In this document: piece after piece, positions 40,278-49,909 of the stretch | How positions within the stretch are numbered: the stretch's first letter is position 1 | How the letters are laid out: each line of letters opens with the position of its first letter | IMG/VR virus record: IMGVR_UViG_2778261574_000002 | DNA length: 64,000 nucleotides | Strand: one strand, 5' to 3' | From: a virus | Lineage: Duplodnaviria; Heunggongvirae; Uroviricota; Caudoviricetes | Notes under the pieces: model-generated | The model's input: the letters and a program-made list of their open reading frames with translations, nothing else | Database searches by the model: none | Told to the model about the DNA's origin: nothing | Position numbers and translations under genes: made by a program

Positions 40278-41279
40278 ATGTCAAAGAAAAACAGACCAAC
40301 AATTGGGCGAACCCTTAATCCTTCAATATTAAGCGGATTTGATAGTTCTTCAGCCTCTGGCGATCGAGTCGAGCAGGTATTCAAGTTATCAACTGGTCGC
40401 CAGGCCACATTTATTGAAGAGGTAATACCTCCGAACCAGGTAGAAAGCGATACCTTTGTTGATCAGCATAACAACGGGCGTGACCAGGCATCTCTTACGC
40501 CAAAATCATTAAAAAGTATCCGAAGCACTATTAAGCATCAGCAATTTTACCCTGCAATAGGTGTCAGACGGGCTACAGGGAAAATTGAAATTTTGGATGG
40601 TTCCCGGCGTCGAGCTTCTGCCATCTTAGAGAACGTAGGGTTGCGGGTTTTAGTCACGGACCAGGAGATCAGCGTTCAGGAAGCGCAAAATTTAGCGAAA
40701 GACGTTCAGACAGCATTGCAGCACAGCATTCGAGAAATAGGTCTGCGTTTGATGCGAATGAAAAATGATGGGATGAGTCAGAAGGATATTGCAGCCAAAG
40801 AAGGGCTGTCTCAGGCGAAGGTCACGCGTGCTCTCCAGGCAGCGAGCGCTCCGGAAGAATTAGTCGCCCTTTTCCCTGTGCAGTCGGAATTAACCTTTTC
40901 GGACTACAAAACGCTTTGTGCTGTTGGCGACGAAATGGGGAACAAGAATTTAGAGTTTGATCAGCTTATTCAAAACATATCCCCGGAAATAAACGACATC
41001 TTATCCATTGAAGAAATGGCCGAAGATGAAGTTAAAAATAAAATCCTGCGCTTGATAACAAAGGAAGCCTCACTACTCACGGATAAAGGTTCTAAAGATA
41101 AGTCCGTAGTTACTGAATTATGGAAATTTGAGGACAAGGATCGCTTTGCAAGGAAGCGCGTGAAAGGCCGTGCATTTTCTTATGAGTTTAATCGACTCTC
41201 AAAAGAGATACAGGAAGAACTCGACAGGATGATTGGGCATATCCTTAGAAAGAGCCTCGATAAAAAGCCGAAGCCTTAA
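40278..41279 (+). CDS. parB: partition protein ParB
   Basis: 333 aa; ParB/Spo0J-type region (..ILDGSRRRASAI..) and HTH. Confidence 0.95.
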   Translation: MSKKNRPTIGRTLNPSILSGFDSSSASGDRVEQVFKLSTGRQATFIEEVIPPNQVESDTFVDQHNNGRDQASLTPKSLKSIRSTIKHQQFYPAIGVRRATGKIEILDGSRRRASAILENVGLRVLVTDQEISVQEAQNLAKDVQTALQHSIREIGLRLMRMKNDGMSQKDIAAKEGLSQAKVTRALQAASAPEELVALFPVQSELTFSDYKTLCAVGDEMGNKNLEFDQLIQNISPEINDILSIEEMAEDEVKNKILRLITKEASLLTDKGSKDKSVVTELWKFEDKDRFARKRVKGRAFSYEFNRLSKEIQEELDRMIGHILRKSLDKKPKP

Positions 41280-41283
41280 ACTT

Positions 41284-41370
41284 TCGCCATTCAAATTTCA
41301 CTATTAACTGACTGTTTTTAAAGTAAATTGCTCTAAAATTTCAAGGTGAAATCGCCACGGTTTCACCTTG
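41284..41370. other. parS partition site
   Basis: Hexamer TCGCCA (41284-41289, 41352-41357) and heptamers ATTTCAC/ATTTCAA/GTGAAAT around an AT-rich bend-like core. Confidence 0.75.
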
Positions 41371-41429
41371 GATTTTACCTTCCTCCCCTCCTCCCGAAAA
41401 AATAAAAAAATTGCTTGTCACGAGAAAGT

Positions 41430-41452
41430 CAACAAGTGACTTTCAATAAAAT
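41430..41452 (+). promoter_or_regulatory. late-promoter-like motif
   Basis: CAACAAGTGACTTTCAATAAAAT, preceded by inverted repeat GAAAGTCA..TGACTTTC; upstream of the capsid gene. Confidence 0.5.
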
Positions 41453-41482
41453 CTCTTCCGAAAAGGGATTCACACAAGTGCC

Positions 41483-43210
41483 TTGTGTTTAAGGAAGAGT
41501 AAATTGAGTAACTTACGCGAATACCAGAATCGTATTGCAGATATCGCAAAACGCTCTAAAGCAGTGCTTGGCTGGGCAAGCACTGCGCAGTTCGGTACTG
41601 ATAACCAATTCATTAAAGATGATGCCGCGCGTGCCGCATCTATCCTTGAAGCTGCACGTAAAGACCCGGTTTTTGCGGGTATCTCTGATAATGCCACCGC
41701 TCAAATCGCTACAGCGTGGGCAAGTGCACTGGCTGACTACGCCGCAGCACATAAATCTATGCCGCGTCCGGAAATTCTGGCCTCCTGCCACCAGACGCTG
41801 GAAAACTGCCTGATTGAGTCCACCCGCAATAGCATGGATGCCACTAATAAAGCGATGCTGGAATCCGTCGCAGCAGAGATGATGAGCGTTTCTGACGGTG
41901 TTATGCGTCTGCCTTTATTCCTCGCGATGATCCTGCCTGTTCAGTTGGGGGCAGCTACCGCTGATGCGTGTACCTTCATTCCGGTTACGCGTGACCAGTC
42001 CGACATCTATGAAGTCTTTAACGTGGCAGGTTCCTCTTTTGGTTCTTATGCTGCTGGTGATGTTCTGGACATGCAATCCGTCGGTGTGTACAGCCAGTTA
42101 CGCCGCCGCTATGTGCTGGTGGCAAGCTCCGATGGCACCAGCAAAACCGCAACCTTCAAGATGGAAGACTTCGAAGGCCAGAATGTACCAATCCGAAAAG
42201 GTCGCACTAATATCTACGTTAACCGTATTAAGTCTGTTGTTGATAACGGTTCCGGCAGCCTACTTCACTCGTTTACTAATGCTGCTGGTGAGCAAATCAC
42301 TGTTACCTGCTCTCTGAACTACAACATTGGTCAGATTGCCCTGTCGTTCTCCAAAGCGCCGGATAAAGGCACTGAGATCGCAATTGAGACGGAAATCAAT
42401 ATTGAAGCCGCTCCTGAGCTGATCCCGCTGATCAACCACGAAATGAAGAAATACACCCTGTTCCCAAGCCAGTTCGTTATCGCGGCTGAGCACACGGTAC
42501 AGGCGGCGTATGAAGCACAGCGTGAATTTGGTCTGGACCTGGGTTCCCTACAGTTCCGCACCCTGAAAGAATACCTGTCCCATGAACAGGATATGTTGCG
42601 TCTCCGCATCATGATCTGGCGTACTCTTGCGACCGACACCTTTGACATCGCTCTGCCGGTTAACCAGTCCTTTGATGTATGGGCAACCATCATTCGTGGC
42701 AAATTCCAGACTGTATATCGCGACATTATTGAGCGCGTTAAATCTTCTGGTGCGATGGGGATGTTTGCTGGTGCTGATGCAGCATCTTTCTTCAAACAGT
42801 TGCCGAAGGATTTCTTCCAGCCAGCCGAAGACTATATCCAGACTCCGTATGTTCACTACATCGGTACCCTGTTCGGTAACGTGAAAGTGTACGAAGTACC
42901 TGCTGGTATTTGTAAGAACTTAACGACAGAGAACATTCAGTTCAGCTCGATGGATGTGCTGTGCTACGTCCGTGATGAAAATCCGGGTAAAGCAGGCTTC
43001 GTGACTGGTGATGCTGTCCCGGCCATCCCGTTCCAGCATCCGACCACTCCGGCGCTGGTCAACCGTACCACGCTGTGGGGTTCGGCTATCAACGATATGC
43101 ACCCACGCAACGGCGCTGATTACTTCACTCGTGTAACGCTGACAATGGCCAAAAAAGGCGGGCTTAACTTCATAAGCGGCGACACGATTGATGCCGGTGA
43201 CTCTGAGTAA
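41483..43210 (+). CDS. major capsid protein candidate
   Basis: 575-aa ORF (true start may be a few codons in); first gene after the late-promoter motif; assignment by size and position. Confidence 0.5.
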   Translation: MCLRKSKLSNLREYQNRIADIAKRSKAVLGWASTAQFGTDNQFIKDDAARAASILEAARKDPVFAGISDNATAQIATAWASALADYAAAHKSMPRPEILASCHQTLENCLIESTRNSMDATNKAMLESVAAEMMSVSDGVMRLPLFLAMILPVQLGAATADACTFIPVTRDQSDIYEVFNVAGSSFGSYAAGDVLDMQSVGVYSQLRRRYVLVASSDGTSKTATFKMEDFEGQNVPIRKGRTNIYVNRIKSVVDNGSGSLLHSFTNAAGEQITVTCSLNYNIGQIALSFSKAPDKGTEIAIETEINIEAAPELIPLINHEMKKYTLFPSQFVIAAEHTVQAAYEAQREFGLDLGSLQFRTLKEYLSHEQDMLRLRIMIWRTLATDTFDIALPVNQSFDVWATIIRGKFQTVYRDIIERVKSSGAMGMFAGADAASFFKQLPKDFFQPAEDYIQTPYVHYIGTLFGNVKVYEVPAGICKNLTTENIQFSSMDVLCYVRDENPGKAGFVTGDAVPAIPFQHPTTPALVNRTTLWGSAINDMHPRNGADYFTRVTLTMAKKGGLNFISGDTIDAGDSE

Positions 43211-43270
43211 TCAGGGGAAGTTCTCCGTTTAACATAGCGCCCCCGTGCGGGGCGCATAACAGGGAAAGTT

Positions 43271-44860
43271 ATGTCTCAATATTCAATTCAACAGTCATTA
43301 GGTAATGCATCCGGCGTCGCGGTTAGCCCGATCAATGCCGATGCGACGTTATCTACCGGTGTTGCATTAAATAGCAGCTTGTGGGCTGGTATTGGCGTAT
43401 TTGCGCGTGGCAAGCCGTTTACTGTTCTTGCGGTTACTGAGTCCAATTACGAAGATGTTCTCGGCGAACCGCTGAAGCCGTCTTCCGGCTCACAGTTCGA
43501 ACCAATTCGCCATGTATACGAAGCTATTCAGCAAACGTCTGGTTATGTTGTCCGTGCTGTTCCGGATGATGCGAAGTTCCCGATTATTATGTTCGATGAA
43601 TCAGGCGAACCGGCTTACAGTGCGTTGCCATACGGTTCTGAAATTGAACTTGATAGTGGCGAAGCCTTTGCTATCTACGTTGATGATGGTGATCCGTGTA
43701 TTTCACCTACCCGTGAGTTAACCATCGAAACGGCAACAGCGGACAGCGCGGGTAATGAACGCTTCCTCCTGAAACTGACCCAGACGACTTCGCTCGGCGT
43801 GGTAACGACCCTGGAGACACACACTGTGTCTTTGGCGGAAGAAGCGAAAGATGACATGGGCCGCTTGTGTTATCTGCCTACGGCTCTGGAAGCCCGTTCT
43901 AAATATCTGCGCGCGGTTGTTAATGAAGAGCTGATTTCGACGGCGAAAGTAACAAATAAAAAATCGCTGGCGTTCACTGGCGGTACCAACGGCGATCAGT
44001 CGAACATTTCCACTGCTGCTTACCTGCGTGCGGTGAAAGTGCTGAACAATGCGCCGTACATGTACACCGCTGTTCTCGGCCTGGGTTGCTATGACAATGC
44101 GGCGATCACTGCGTTAGGTAATATCTGTTCTGATCGCCTGATTGATGGCTTCTTTGATGTCAAACCGACATTGACGTACACGGAAGCGATCTCTGCTGTT
44201 GAAGATACCGGTTTACTTGGTACCGATTATGTAAGCTGTGCTGTCTATCATTTCCCGTTCTCCTGCAAAGACAAATGGACCCAATCCCGCGTGGTCTTCG
44301 GTCTGTCTGGCGCGGCGTATGCGGCGAAAGCTCGTGGCGTCAAGAAAAACTCCGATGTCGGCGGTTGGCATTACTCACCGGCTGGTGAAGAACGTGCCGT
44401 CATCGCTCGTGCATCACTTCAGCCGCTGTATCCTGAAGACACCCCGGACGAAGAAGCTATGGTCAAGGGCCGACTCAATAAAGTATCTGTAGGTACTTCG
44501 GGCCAGATGATCATCGATGATGCTTTAACTTGCTGCACGCAGGACAACTATCTGCATTTCCAGCACGTCCCATCCCTGATGAACGCAATCAGCCGTTTCT
44601 TTGTCCAGTTAGCCCGACAGATGAAGCATAACCCGGACGGCATTACTGAGTCTGGCCTGACTAAAGGGATGACCAAACTTTTGGATCGCTTTGTCGCCTC
44701 CGGCGCTCTGGTGGCTCCTCGTGATCCTGATGCTGACGGTACAGAACCGTATGTGCTGAAAGTTACGCAGGCGGAATTCGATAAATGGGAAGTAGTCTGG
44801 GCCTGCTGCCCGACTGGCGTAGCCCGTCGTATCCAGGGCGTACCGCTGCTTATTAAGTAA
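43271..44860 (+). CDS. contractile tail sheath protein candidate
   Basis: 529 aa; size and position after the capsid gene; no motif confirmed by search. Confidence 0.5.
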   Translation: MSQYSIQQSLGNASGVAVSPINADATLSTGVALNSSLWAGIGVFARGKPFTVLAVTESNYEDVLGEPLKPSSGSQFEPIRHVYEAIQQTSGYVVRAVPDDAKFPIIMFDESGEPAYSALPYGSEIELDSGEAFAIYVDDGDPCISPTRELTIETATADSAGNERFLLKLTQTTSLGVVTTLETHTVSLAEEAKDDMGRLCYLPTALEARSKYLRAVVNEELISTAKVTNKKSLAFTGGTNGDQSNISTAAYLRAVKVLNNAPYMYTAVLGLGCYDNAAITALGNICSDRLIDGFFDVKPTLTYTEAISAVEDTGLLGTDYVSCAVYHFPFSCKDKWTQSRVVFGLSGAAYAAKARGVKKNSDVGGWHYSPAGEERAVIARASLQPLYPEDTPDEEAMVKGRLNKVSVGTSGQMIIDDALTCCTQDNYLHFQHVPSLMNAISRFFVQLARQMKHNPDGITESGLTKGMTKLLDRFVASGALVAPRDPDADGTEPYVLKVTQAEFDKWEVVWACCPTGVARRIQGVPLLIK

Positions 44861-44869
44861 GGAAATACA

Positions 44870-45685
44870 ATGAGCAAAAACTTTTTTCAATCCGGGGCAT
44901 TTTTGGGGAATGGACTGTCTCGTTTCGCTTTGAACTCTGATCCTGTGCAGTTGATGGAGTCTGCCCGAGCAAGCGCCGAACCGACAACAGATCCGGTTAT
45001 TAATAATAATCCGGAACCGGAGCCACAGACTAACGATAACGTTCCATCTGCCACGGCTCCTGAGCAAATCCTGGAAGGGAAAGACGGTAAAGAATGGACC
45101 GTCGAACAGGCGCACCAGATGATTCTGGAAGCTGCAAATCGAAGTGCTATGCAGAATGCGTTGAGTGATGCGGCCGACGCCGTTTTCGCCTGGGCTGATA
45201 GCGGTGATCTGACTTTCGACTCCCTTGATGGTTTCGTTCAGGCTATCGCTGGTATCTCTGATGACGACGACTCCGAAGTTACAGAAGAACAGGACGATGC
45301 CTATAACGAAGCATGGGCAAATGTTGCTGACTTCCTCGCGGCATGCGGTGTAGATGATGACCTGATCGAAGCACTGGCTGACGATGAAGACGACGACGCA
45401 GCTGCTGATGTTGGTGCCTCTATCGCTGGTTTAGATAGCGACGACCGTGACGAACTGGAAGCGGCGTTTGTTGTTGCTGGCACTTCTGATGAAATGCTGA
45501 CTGAAGCATTTAAGAAGGTTGTTCGTAACGGTGAGATCAAACTCATCCGTAAACGCCTGCGTAAAAAACGTCTGACTGCGGCTCAAAAATCGGCGCTGAA
45601 AAAAGCGCGTCGTAAAGCCCAGACCGGCGCGGCAAAACTGGCCCGCAAAAAGTCAATGAAACTGCGCCGTAAGCGCCTCGGCTAA
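44870..45685 (+). CDS. hypothetical virion protein with acidic core and basic C-terminal tail
   Basis: 271 aa; C-terminus RKRLRKKRLTAAQKSALKKARRK.. Confidence 0.5.
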   Translation: MSKNFFQSGAFLGNGLSRFALNSDPVQLMESARASAEPTTDPVINNNPEPEPQTNDNVPSATAPEQILEGKDGKEWTVEQAHQMILEAANRSAMQNALSDAADAVFAWADSGDLTFDSLDGFVQAIAGISDDDDSEVTEEQDDAYNEAWANVADFLAACGVDDDLIEALADDEDDDAAADVGASIAGLDSDDRDELEAAFVVAGTSDEMLTEAFKKVVRNGEIKLIRKRLRKKRLTAAQKSALKKARRKAQTGAAKLARKKSMKLRRKRLG

Positions 45686-45720
45686 AGGAGGAGGCCGGAG
45701 AACTCCGGCCTTTAACTTGA

Positions 45721-46302
45721 ATGGCACCTATACCTTATGGGGTTTACAGCCAGGCTGACGGTGTATCGCCATATCTGAAAGTTACTTTAACGAACTCTCA
45801 GTACCAGGTTACCGGATATATCAGCCAGGGAGCGGCAATGAACATGGCCCAGAATTGGGAAGCGCCGTTTACCGGTATGTCCATGGGATCTGTTGCTGGT
45901 GCCTTCAGTGGTTTTGCGCAGGTTGGTACTGAAACAACGTCGGTTGCCCGTTGGAACAGCTTAATGGTTTGGGAAGGGGGAACACCGCCGACTTTCACGC
46001 TGCCAGTAACTTTCATCGCTTTGTTTGACCCATTCACGGAGGTTTCAGGAGCTATCGCCGCATTGTCAGCGATGATTAGCCCGGAACTTAAAGATGCCAG
46101 TATTGGTGGTCGAATCCCGGAGCGTGTGACGCTAAACATTGGTCGCCGGATCAACATCATTGATGTCGCTATCCAGGACATAAGTTTCGATCTCGATGCG
46201 CCCAGGGACAGCAATGGGCATTTCCTGAAAAACACCGTCAACCTCCAGTTGACCGGTTCTTCGATATATAACAGCTCCGATATTGTTCGGGCGTTCCAGT
46301 AA
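45721..46302 (+). CDS. hypothetical structural protein
   Basis: 193-aa ORF in the late operon. Confidence 0.5.
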   Translation: MAPIPYGVYSQADGVSPYLKVTLTNSQYQVTGYISQGAAMNMAQNWEAPFTGMSMGSVAGAFSGFAQVGTETTSVARWNSLMVWEGGTPPTFTLPVTFIALFDPFTEVSGAIAALSAMISPELKDASIGGRIPERVTLNIGRRINIIDVAIQDISFDLDAPRDSNGHFLKNTVNLQLTGSSIYNSSDIVRAFQ

Positions 46303-46313
46303 AAGGATTTTAT

Positions 46314-46823
46314 ATGGGGCACAATAATACTAAGGGAAACCGTAAATTTATTAAGGGCCGCTATACTGCCAACGCGGCCAAAGGCGAACGACTGGTATCT
46401 TCTGAATTCCAGCTCACTTTTGCAGGCCATGAAGATATCAGCGTACTGGTTCGCACGTCGCAAATTCCTGAAATGACCCGCGAGGATGTGGAGGACTATG
46501 GTCCGAATGGTGTGAAGTTCAACCAGCACGGTCCAATTCGAAACTCTGGGGAAATCCAGGTCCAGTGCGTGGAGACTATCGAAGGCGATATTCTTCAGTT
46601 CATTAAAGATCGCATTGCGGCGAAGGACTATGTTGATATCACGATGGCTGCGACCCCTGAATCCAAATCTTCCGGGGTTAACGCTGTGACAAAAGCTGCT
46701 ACAACAATTGAAATGTTGGACTGCAAAATCTACAGTGATGCAATCGACTTTAGTACCGAAGATGTGACTGCTGCTGTGCGCCCGTCACTTCGTATCGTCT
46801 ACAACTGGATTGAGTGGGATTAA
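46314..46823 (+). CDS. hypothetical structural protein
   Basis: 169-aa ORF; followed by a strong terminator. Confidence 0.5.
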   Translation: MGHNNTKGNRKFIKGRYTANAAKGERLVSSEFQLTFAGHEDISVLVRTSQIPEMTREDVEDYGPNGVKFNQHGPIRNSGEIQVQCVETIEGDILQFIKDRIAAKDYVDITMAATPESKSSGVNAVTKAATTIEMLDCKIYSDAIDFSTEDVTAAVRPSLRIVYNWIEWD

Positions 46824-46842
46824 GAGTCATCCCTTGTATTTT

Positions 46843-46867
46843 AAAGCTCCTTCGGGAGCTTTTTTTA
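46843..46867 (+). terminator. rho-independent terminator
   Basis: AAAGCTCC-TTCG-GGAGCT followed by TTTTTTT. Confidence 0.7.
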
Positions 46868-46958
46868 TAACTATTTTATATAAACATGCATCGATAACAT
46901 TGTCTGGAGTTTTATGTTAGATTATTAATGTTCTAATAAACTACAATTATTGAGGTAG

Positions 46959-47591
46959 ATGTTTGTGCCTGTACTGTTAAAGGGGGACTCTAAAATGGCT
47001 GTGATTCCAATGTCGTACTCCCCGGGTACTGTTGCTCGTCGATTTTCGATCCTGGACGGAGTTACCATCCAGGGTGTGCTTTACCAGGTTATATGGGATT
47101 CCAAAACCCCATTTGCAGCTGTAATAGAGGCTGCGCCTTCTATTATCGATGGTGATATGCGCCATAAGGTTGTCGCTACTCTTGAACTTCAACGTCGCCC
47201 GCAGCTTGAAGGCGTACTGGTAAGGAAGTTCTGGGAGGATAGCGATGTTGCCCAGATTGAAGGTATCGTGGTTGATGGAACCGTCCGGGATGTCGGTTTA
47301 GCTACTTTTGTTTACGAAACCGTAGCCTCAAAAGCTGGTGTTGTTTTGCTCAGTGATAATGAGCAATACGAAGGTGGAAAAGCTCTTTGGCAACACATCG
47401 CCCGTCGCTCTTCCGAGCTAAAAGTGTTTATCCTTGACACCGATGCCGCTCAGTATTACCCGTTTGACGGCGAACGTGTTTGCTATGACGGGGTAAGTAT
47501 TCCTGAATCCGAGATATGGAGTGAACACCCAGATCGAAGTAAGCATGGGGTTGTTCTGGTCGCTGAATCCATAATTGGAAATGCGGCATAG
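46959..47591 (+). CDS. hypothetical protein
   Basis: 210-aa ORF, start uncertain. Confidence 0.45.
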   Translation: MFVPVLLKGDSKMAVIPMSYSPGTVARRFSILDGVTIQGVLYQVIWDSKTPFAAVIEAAPSIIDGDMRHKVVATLELQRRPQLEGVLVRKFWEDSDVAQIEGIVVDGTVRDVGLATFVYETVASKAGVVLLSDNEQYEGGKALWQHIARRSSELKVFILDTDAAQYYPFDGERVCYDGVSIPESEIWSEHPDRSKHGVVLVAESIIGNAA

Positions 47592-47773
47592 CAGTAAAAA
47601 ATTCCTTGCTCCTTAAAAGGGGAGAGGGTTAATCTACGTATGCTAAGCATAGAGATGGCCTCAGATTAATGTTAAGCGTCTTGCAGGACGCGTAATGTTA
47701 TCTGGGGCTTTCTTCTATCTGCTTTTCGGGTAATGCCTGAAGCAGATAGCCTCAAGCACCCGTAACGATTGTA

Positions 47774-48100
47774 TCAATGTCTGGCTTTTTTTCTATAGAA
47801 ATCACCAGGAAGGGTGAATATCCACATCAGAAGAAATGTTGCAGCAAACATGATCCCTAATGGCCAGACCGCGCCAAAGAAAATCCATACTAAGATCTCC
47901 TCTGTTCGTTCTTTGCGGTCGATATCGACAAGCATTCTTCGGCTGATCATGTATACACAGAAGCCAATACAAACATATCCTGCAAAAGCGATCGCTAACT
48001 GTAAAAAATCAGATTGCATCTCCGACCTCAAACTGAAAACGCCAGGTGACTCCAGATTAGAGCAATCTATCACCCTCTGAATCCTGCCGGTATACCCCAT
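47774..48100 (-). CDS. small membrane protein
   Basis: Two hydrophobic helices (..FAGYVCIGFCVYMI.. and ..FGAVWPLGIMFAATFLLMWIF..); start uncertain. Confidence 0.35.
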   Translation of the reverse strand: MGYTGRIQRVIDCSNLESPGVFSLRSEMQSDFLQLAIAFAGYVCIGFCVYMISRRMLVDIDRKERTEEILVWIFFGAVWPLGIMFAATFLLMWIFTLPGDFYRKKARH

Positions 48101-48915
48101 TGTTCGTTATCTTTATTTTTGGCTAATACCGCATTAAGAGCTTCGTTTACTGTCATGCAATGCGGCAGATTATCGAAGTTTGATATCCCGCCAATATCAG
48201 GAGAACGCTTGTCCTTCAGGTAAGCATATTTCCGCGCTGCCGCCTCTACTTTCTGCTTGAACTCATGTTTTTGAGCGCGTTTTTTGGATAACCGCAGATT
48301 GTCAGCCTTTGCTTTTGCCTCGGCGATCCATGAAGTCAGTTTTTTGAGGCTGGTCGTTCCGGCACCGCCGGAAACTGATCTTTTTGTTTTTTTAATTTCT
48401 GACTTCTTATTCTTTATTGCCACGTCATCCTGACAGGGGGAGGGGGTATCATTTTGACATGGGGGTGTGGATAAAAAATCAAATAAAGCCAATGTCTTAG
48501 CGAGAACAGCTTTAACCTTGGTTGCCGCTGAAGAGATCTTTAATTTGCTTTCAATCAGCGCATTTTTGGCTTGTTGTGCGAAGGCCAAAAAGGATGGCGT
48601 AAACCGGTACAGGTTAGCGCGACGTTCACGGTGATCGCCGATAACAATCTCTACAGACAGAATTCCTTTGTTTACAGCTTCACGGAATGCACGAACGACG
48701 GTTGATTGACTATAACCAGTTTCTGCCGCGATCAGGCGGTGAGGCTTGTGAATGAAGTATTCACTGGTTGTTGCCGCGAGATTTGCACATTGCGACAGGA
48801 TATGCCCGGCGCTACGGGATAGACCGGAGTGTGTTACAAAGCAGGCCAATTCATAGCCAGAAAAAGTAAAATCGCTCATCGTTATACAGCTCAGGAAAGT
48901 GACTTTAGCCAGCAT
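48070..48915 (-). CDS. repL: lytic replication initiator RepL-like
   Basis: 281 aa, immediately downstream of kilA; assignment by size, order and operator-controlled operon. Confidence 0.75.
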   Translation of the reverse strand: MLAKVTFLSCITMSDFTFSGYELACFVTHSGLSRSAGHILSQCANLAATTSEYFIHKPHRLIAAETGYSQSTVVRAFREAVNKGILSVEIVIGDHRERRANLYRFTPSFLAFAQQAKNALIESKLKISSAATKVKAVLAKTLALFDFLSTPPCQNDTPSPCQDDVAIKNKKSEIKKTKRSVSGGAGTTSLKKLTSWIAEAKAKADNLRLSKKRAQKHEFKQKVEAAARKYAYLKDKRSPDIGGISNFDNLPHCMTVNEALNAVLAKNKDNEQWGIPAGFRG

Positions 48916-48944
48916 TACAATGCTGGTGGTTCTTACTACGTCTG

Positions 48945-49745
48945 TTAGCGCATTGCCGCGACAGGTACCAGCACACCAGCGTCAAGCAATCGCTTCATCA
49001 GCCACTGCTGACCTTTGCCGGTTATACGAGTCGTGAAAGAAATCCTGCTTCCGTTGCTTGTATCGATCACGGTTTCTTTAAGGGTGAAATACCCACGGGA
49101 TATGTATTCTTGTTTGGGGACGTTCCTGCGTTCACCGGTTGCGATCAGAATTCCGTTATCACGCAACCAGGTGAAGAGATAGTTTTGGCCCAGGCCGAGC
49201 ACTTTGGCATAGTTGCCGATTAGAACCCCGCTGGCGGTAGCAACGCGTTCGGCGAATTCGACTTTAGGTGCATCCATAAGCATTTTTTGCTCCAGCCGTT
49301 GCTTTTGCTCTGCCAGGTCGGCAGCCAAACGGAGAGCTTCAGGGAGACTCTGCGGAATAGCAGGTTGTAATCTTCCAGCTCGATAGTCGATAAATGTCTG
49401 GTTTACCTTCAGCCGAAACGCGGGAGAAATCCAGCCTGCGTACTCCACTGCGAGCAATTCATGGGCAAAAGTGCCGCCGCCACGGCCTTCGAACGAAACT
49501 ATGCAATTCTGCATAGTTTCTTTTTCAAGCTCTTCGATGAGCTGTTTAGCTGACAGCGTTCTTAGCCATTGAGCTGGCGCTTTATGGGCACCGAGTCCGC
49601 TCGCTCTGTGTAGAGCATTAAGGTTGTAACGGCCAGCGCGGTCGGTCGTAATTTCAACACCACAAATAACGGGCAGAGTGGTTGAAGGATCGACATTTTG
49701 ATGAAGGTTTGATATATTCATATCCGCATTGAATGTTTGTTGCAT
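48945..49745 (-). CDS. kilA: KilA-like protein
   Basis: 266 aa; C-terminal domain shared with the antirepressor (..PEALRLAADLAEQK..GKGQQWL..). Confidence 0.75.
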   Translation of the reverse strand: MQQTFNADMNISNLHQNVDPSTTLPVICGVEITTDRAGRYNLNALHRASGLGAHKAPAQWLRTLSAKQLIEELEKETMQNCIVSFEGRGGGTFAHELLAVEYAGWISPAFRLKVNQTFIDYRAGRLQPAIPQSLPEALRLAADLAEQKQRLEQKMLMDAPKVEFAERVATASGVLIGNYAKVLGLGQNYLFTWLRDNGILIATGERRNVPKQEYISRGYFTLKETVIDTSNGSRISFTTRITGKGQQWLMKRLLDAGVLVPVAAMR

Positions 49746-49814
49746 TTTTTCTCCAAATTTGCATCAACCTTCAATCACCAGCTCGAAATGGTGATTCTTT
49801 GCACTTAGAAAACA

Positions 49815-49831
49815 AAATTTATTAGAGCAAA
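49815..49831 (-). promoter_or_regulatory. C1 operator-like 17-mer (16/17)
   Basis: AAATTTATTAGAGCAAA on +; upstream of kilA. Confidence 0.6.
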
Positions 49832-49909
49832 TTTTTCTGACCCGATCCAGATCGGGTTGGACGATCTGCTCAGAAACCTGCCAGTTTGCTGGCAGGTTTT
49901 TTTCTTTTG

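Noticed and set aside
41326-41342. Operator-like ATTGCTCTAAAATTTCA
   Set aside because: Only 12/17 match and it lies in the AT-rich core of parS between the heptamer boxes; more likely part of the partition site.
48050-48066. Operator-like CTCCAGATTAGAGCAAT at the 3' end of repL
   Set aside because: Only 11/17 match; below the level of the other sites.
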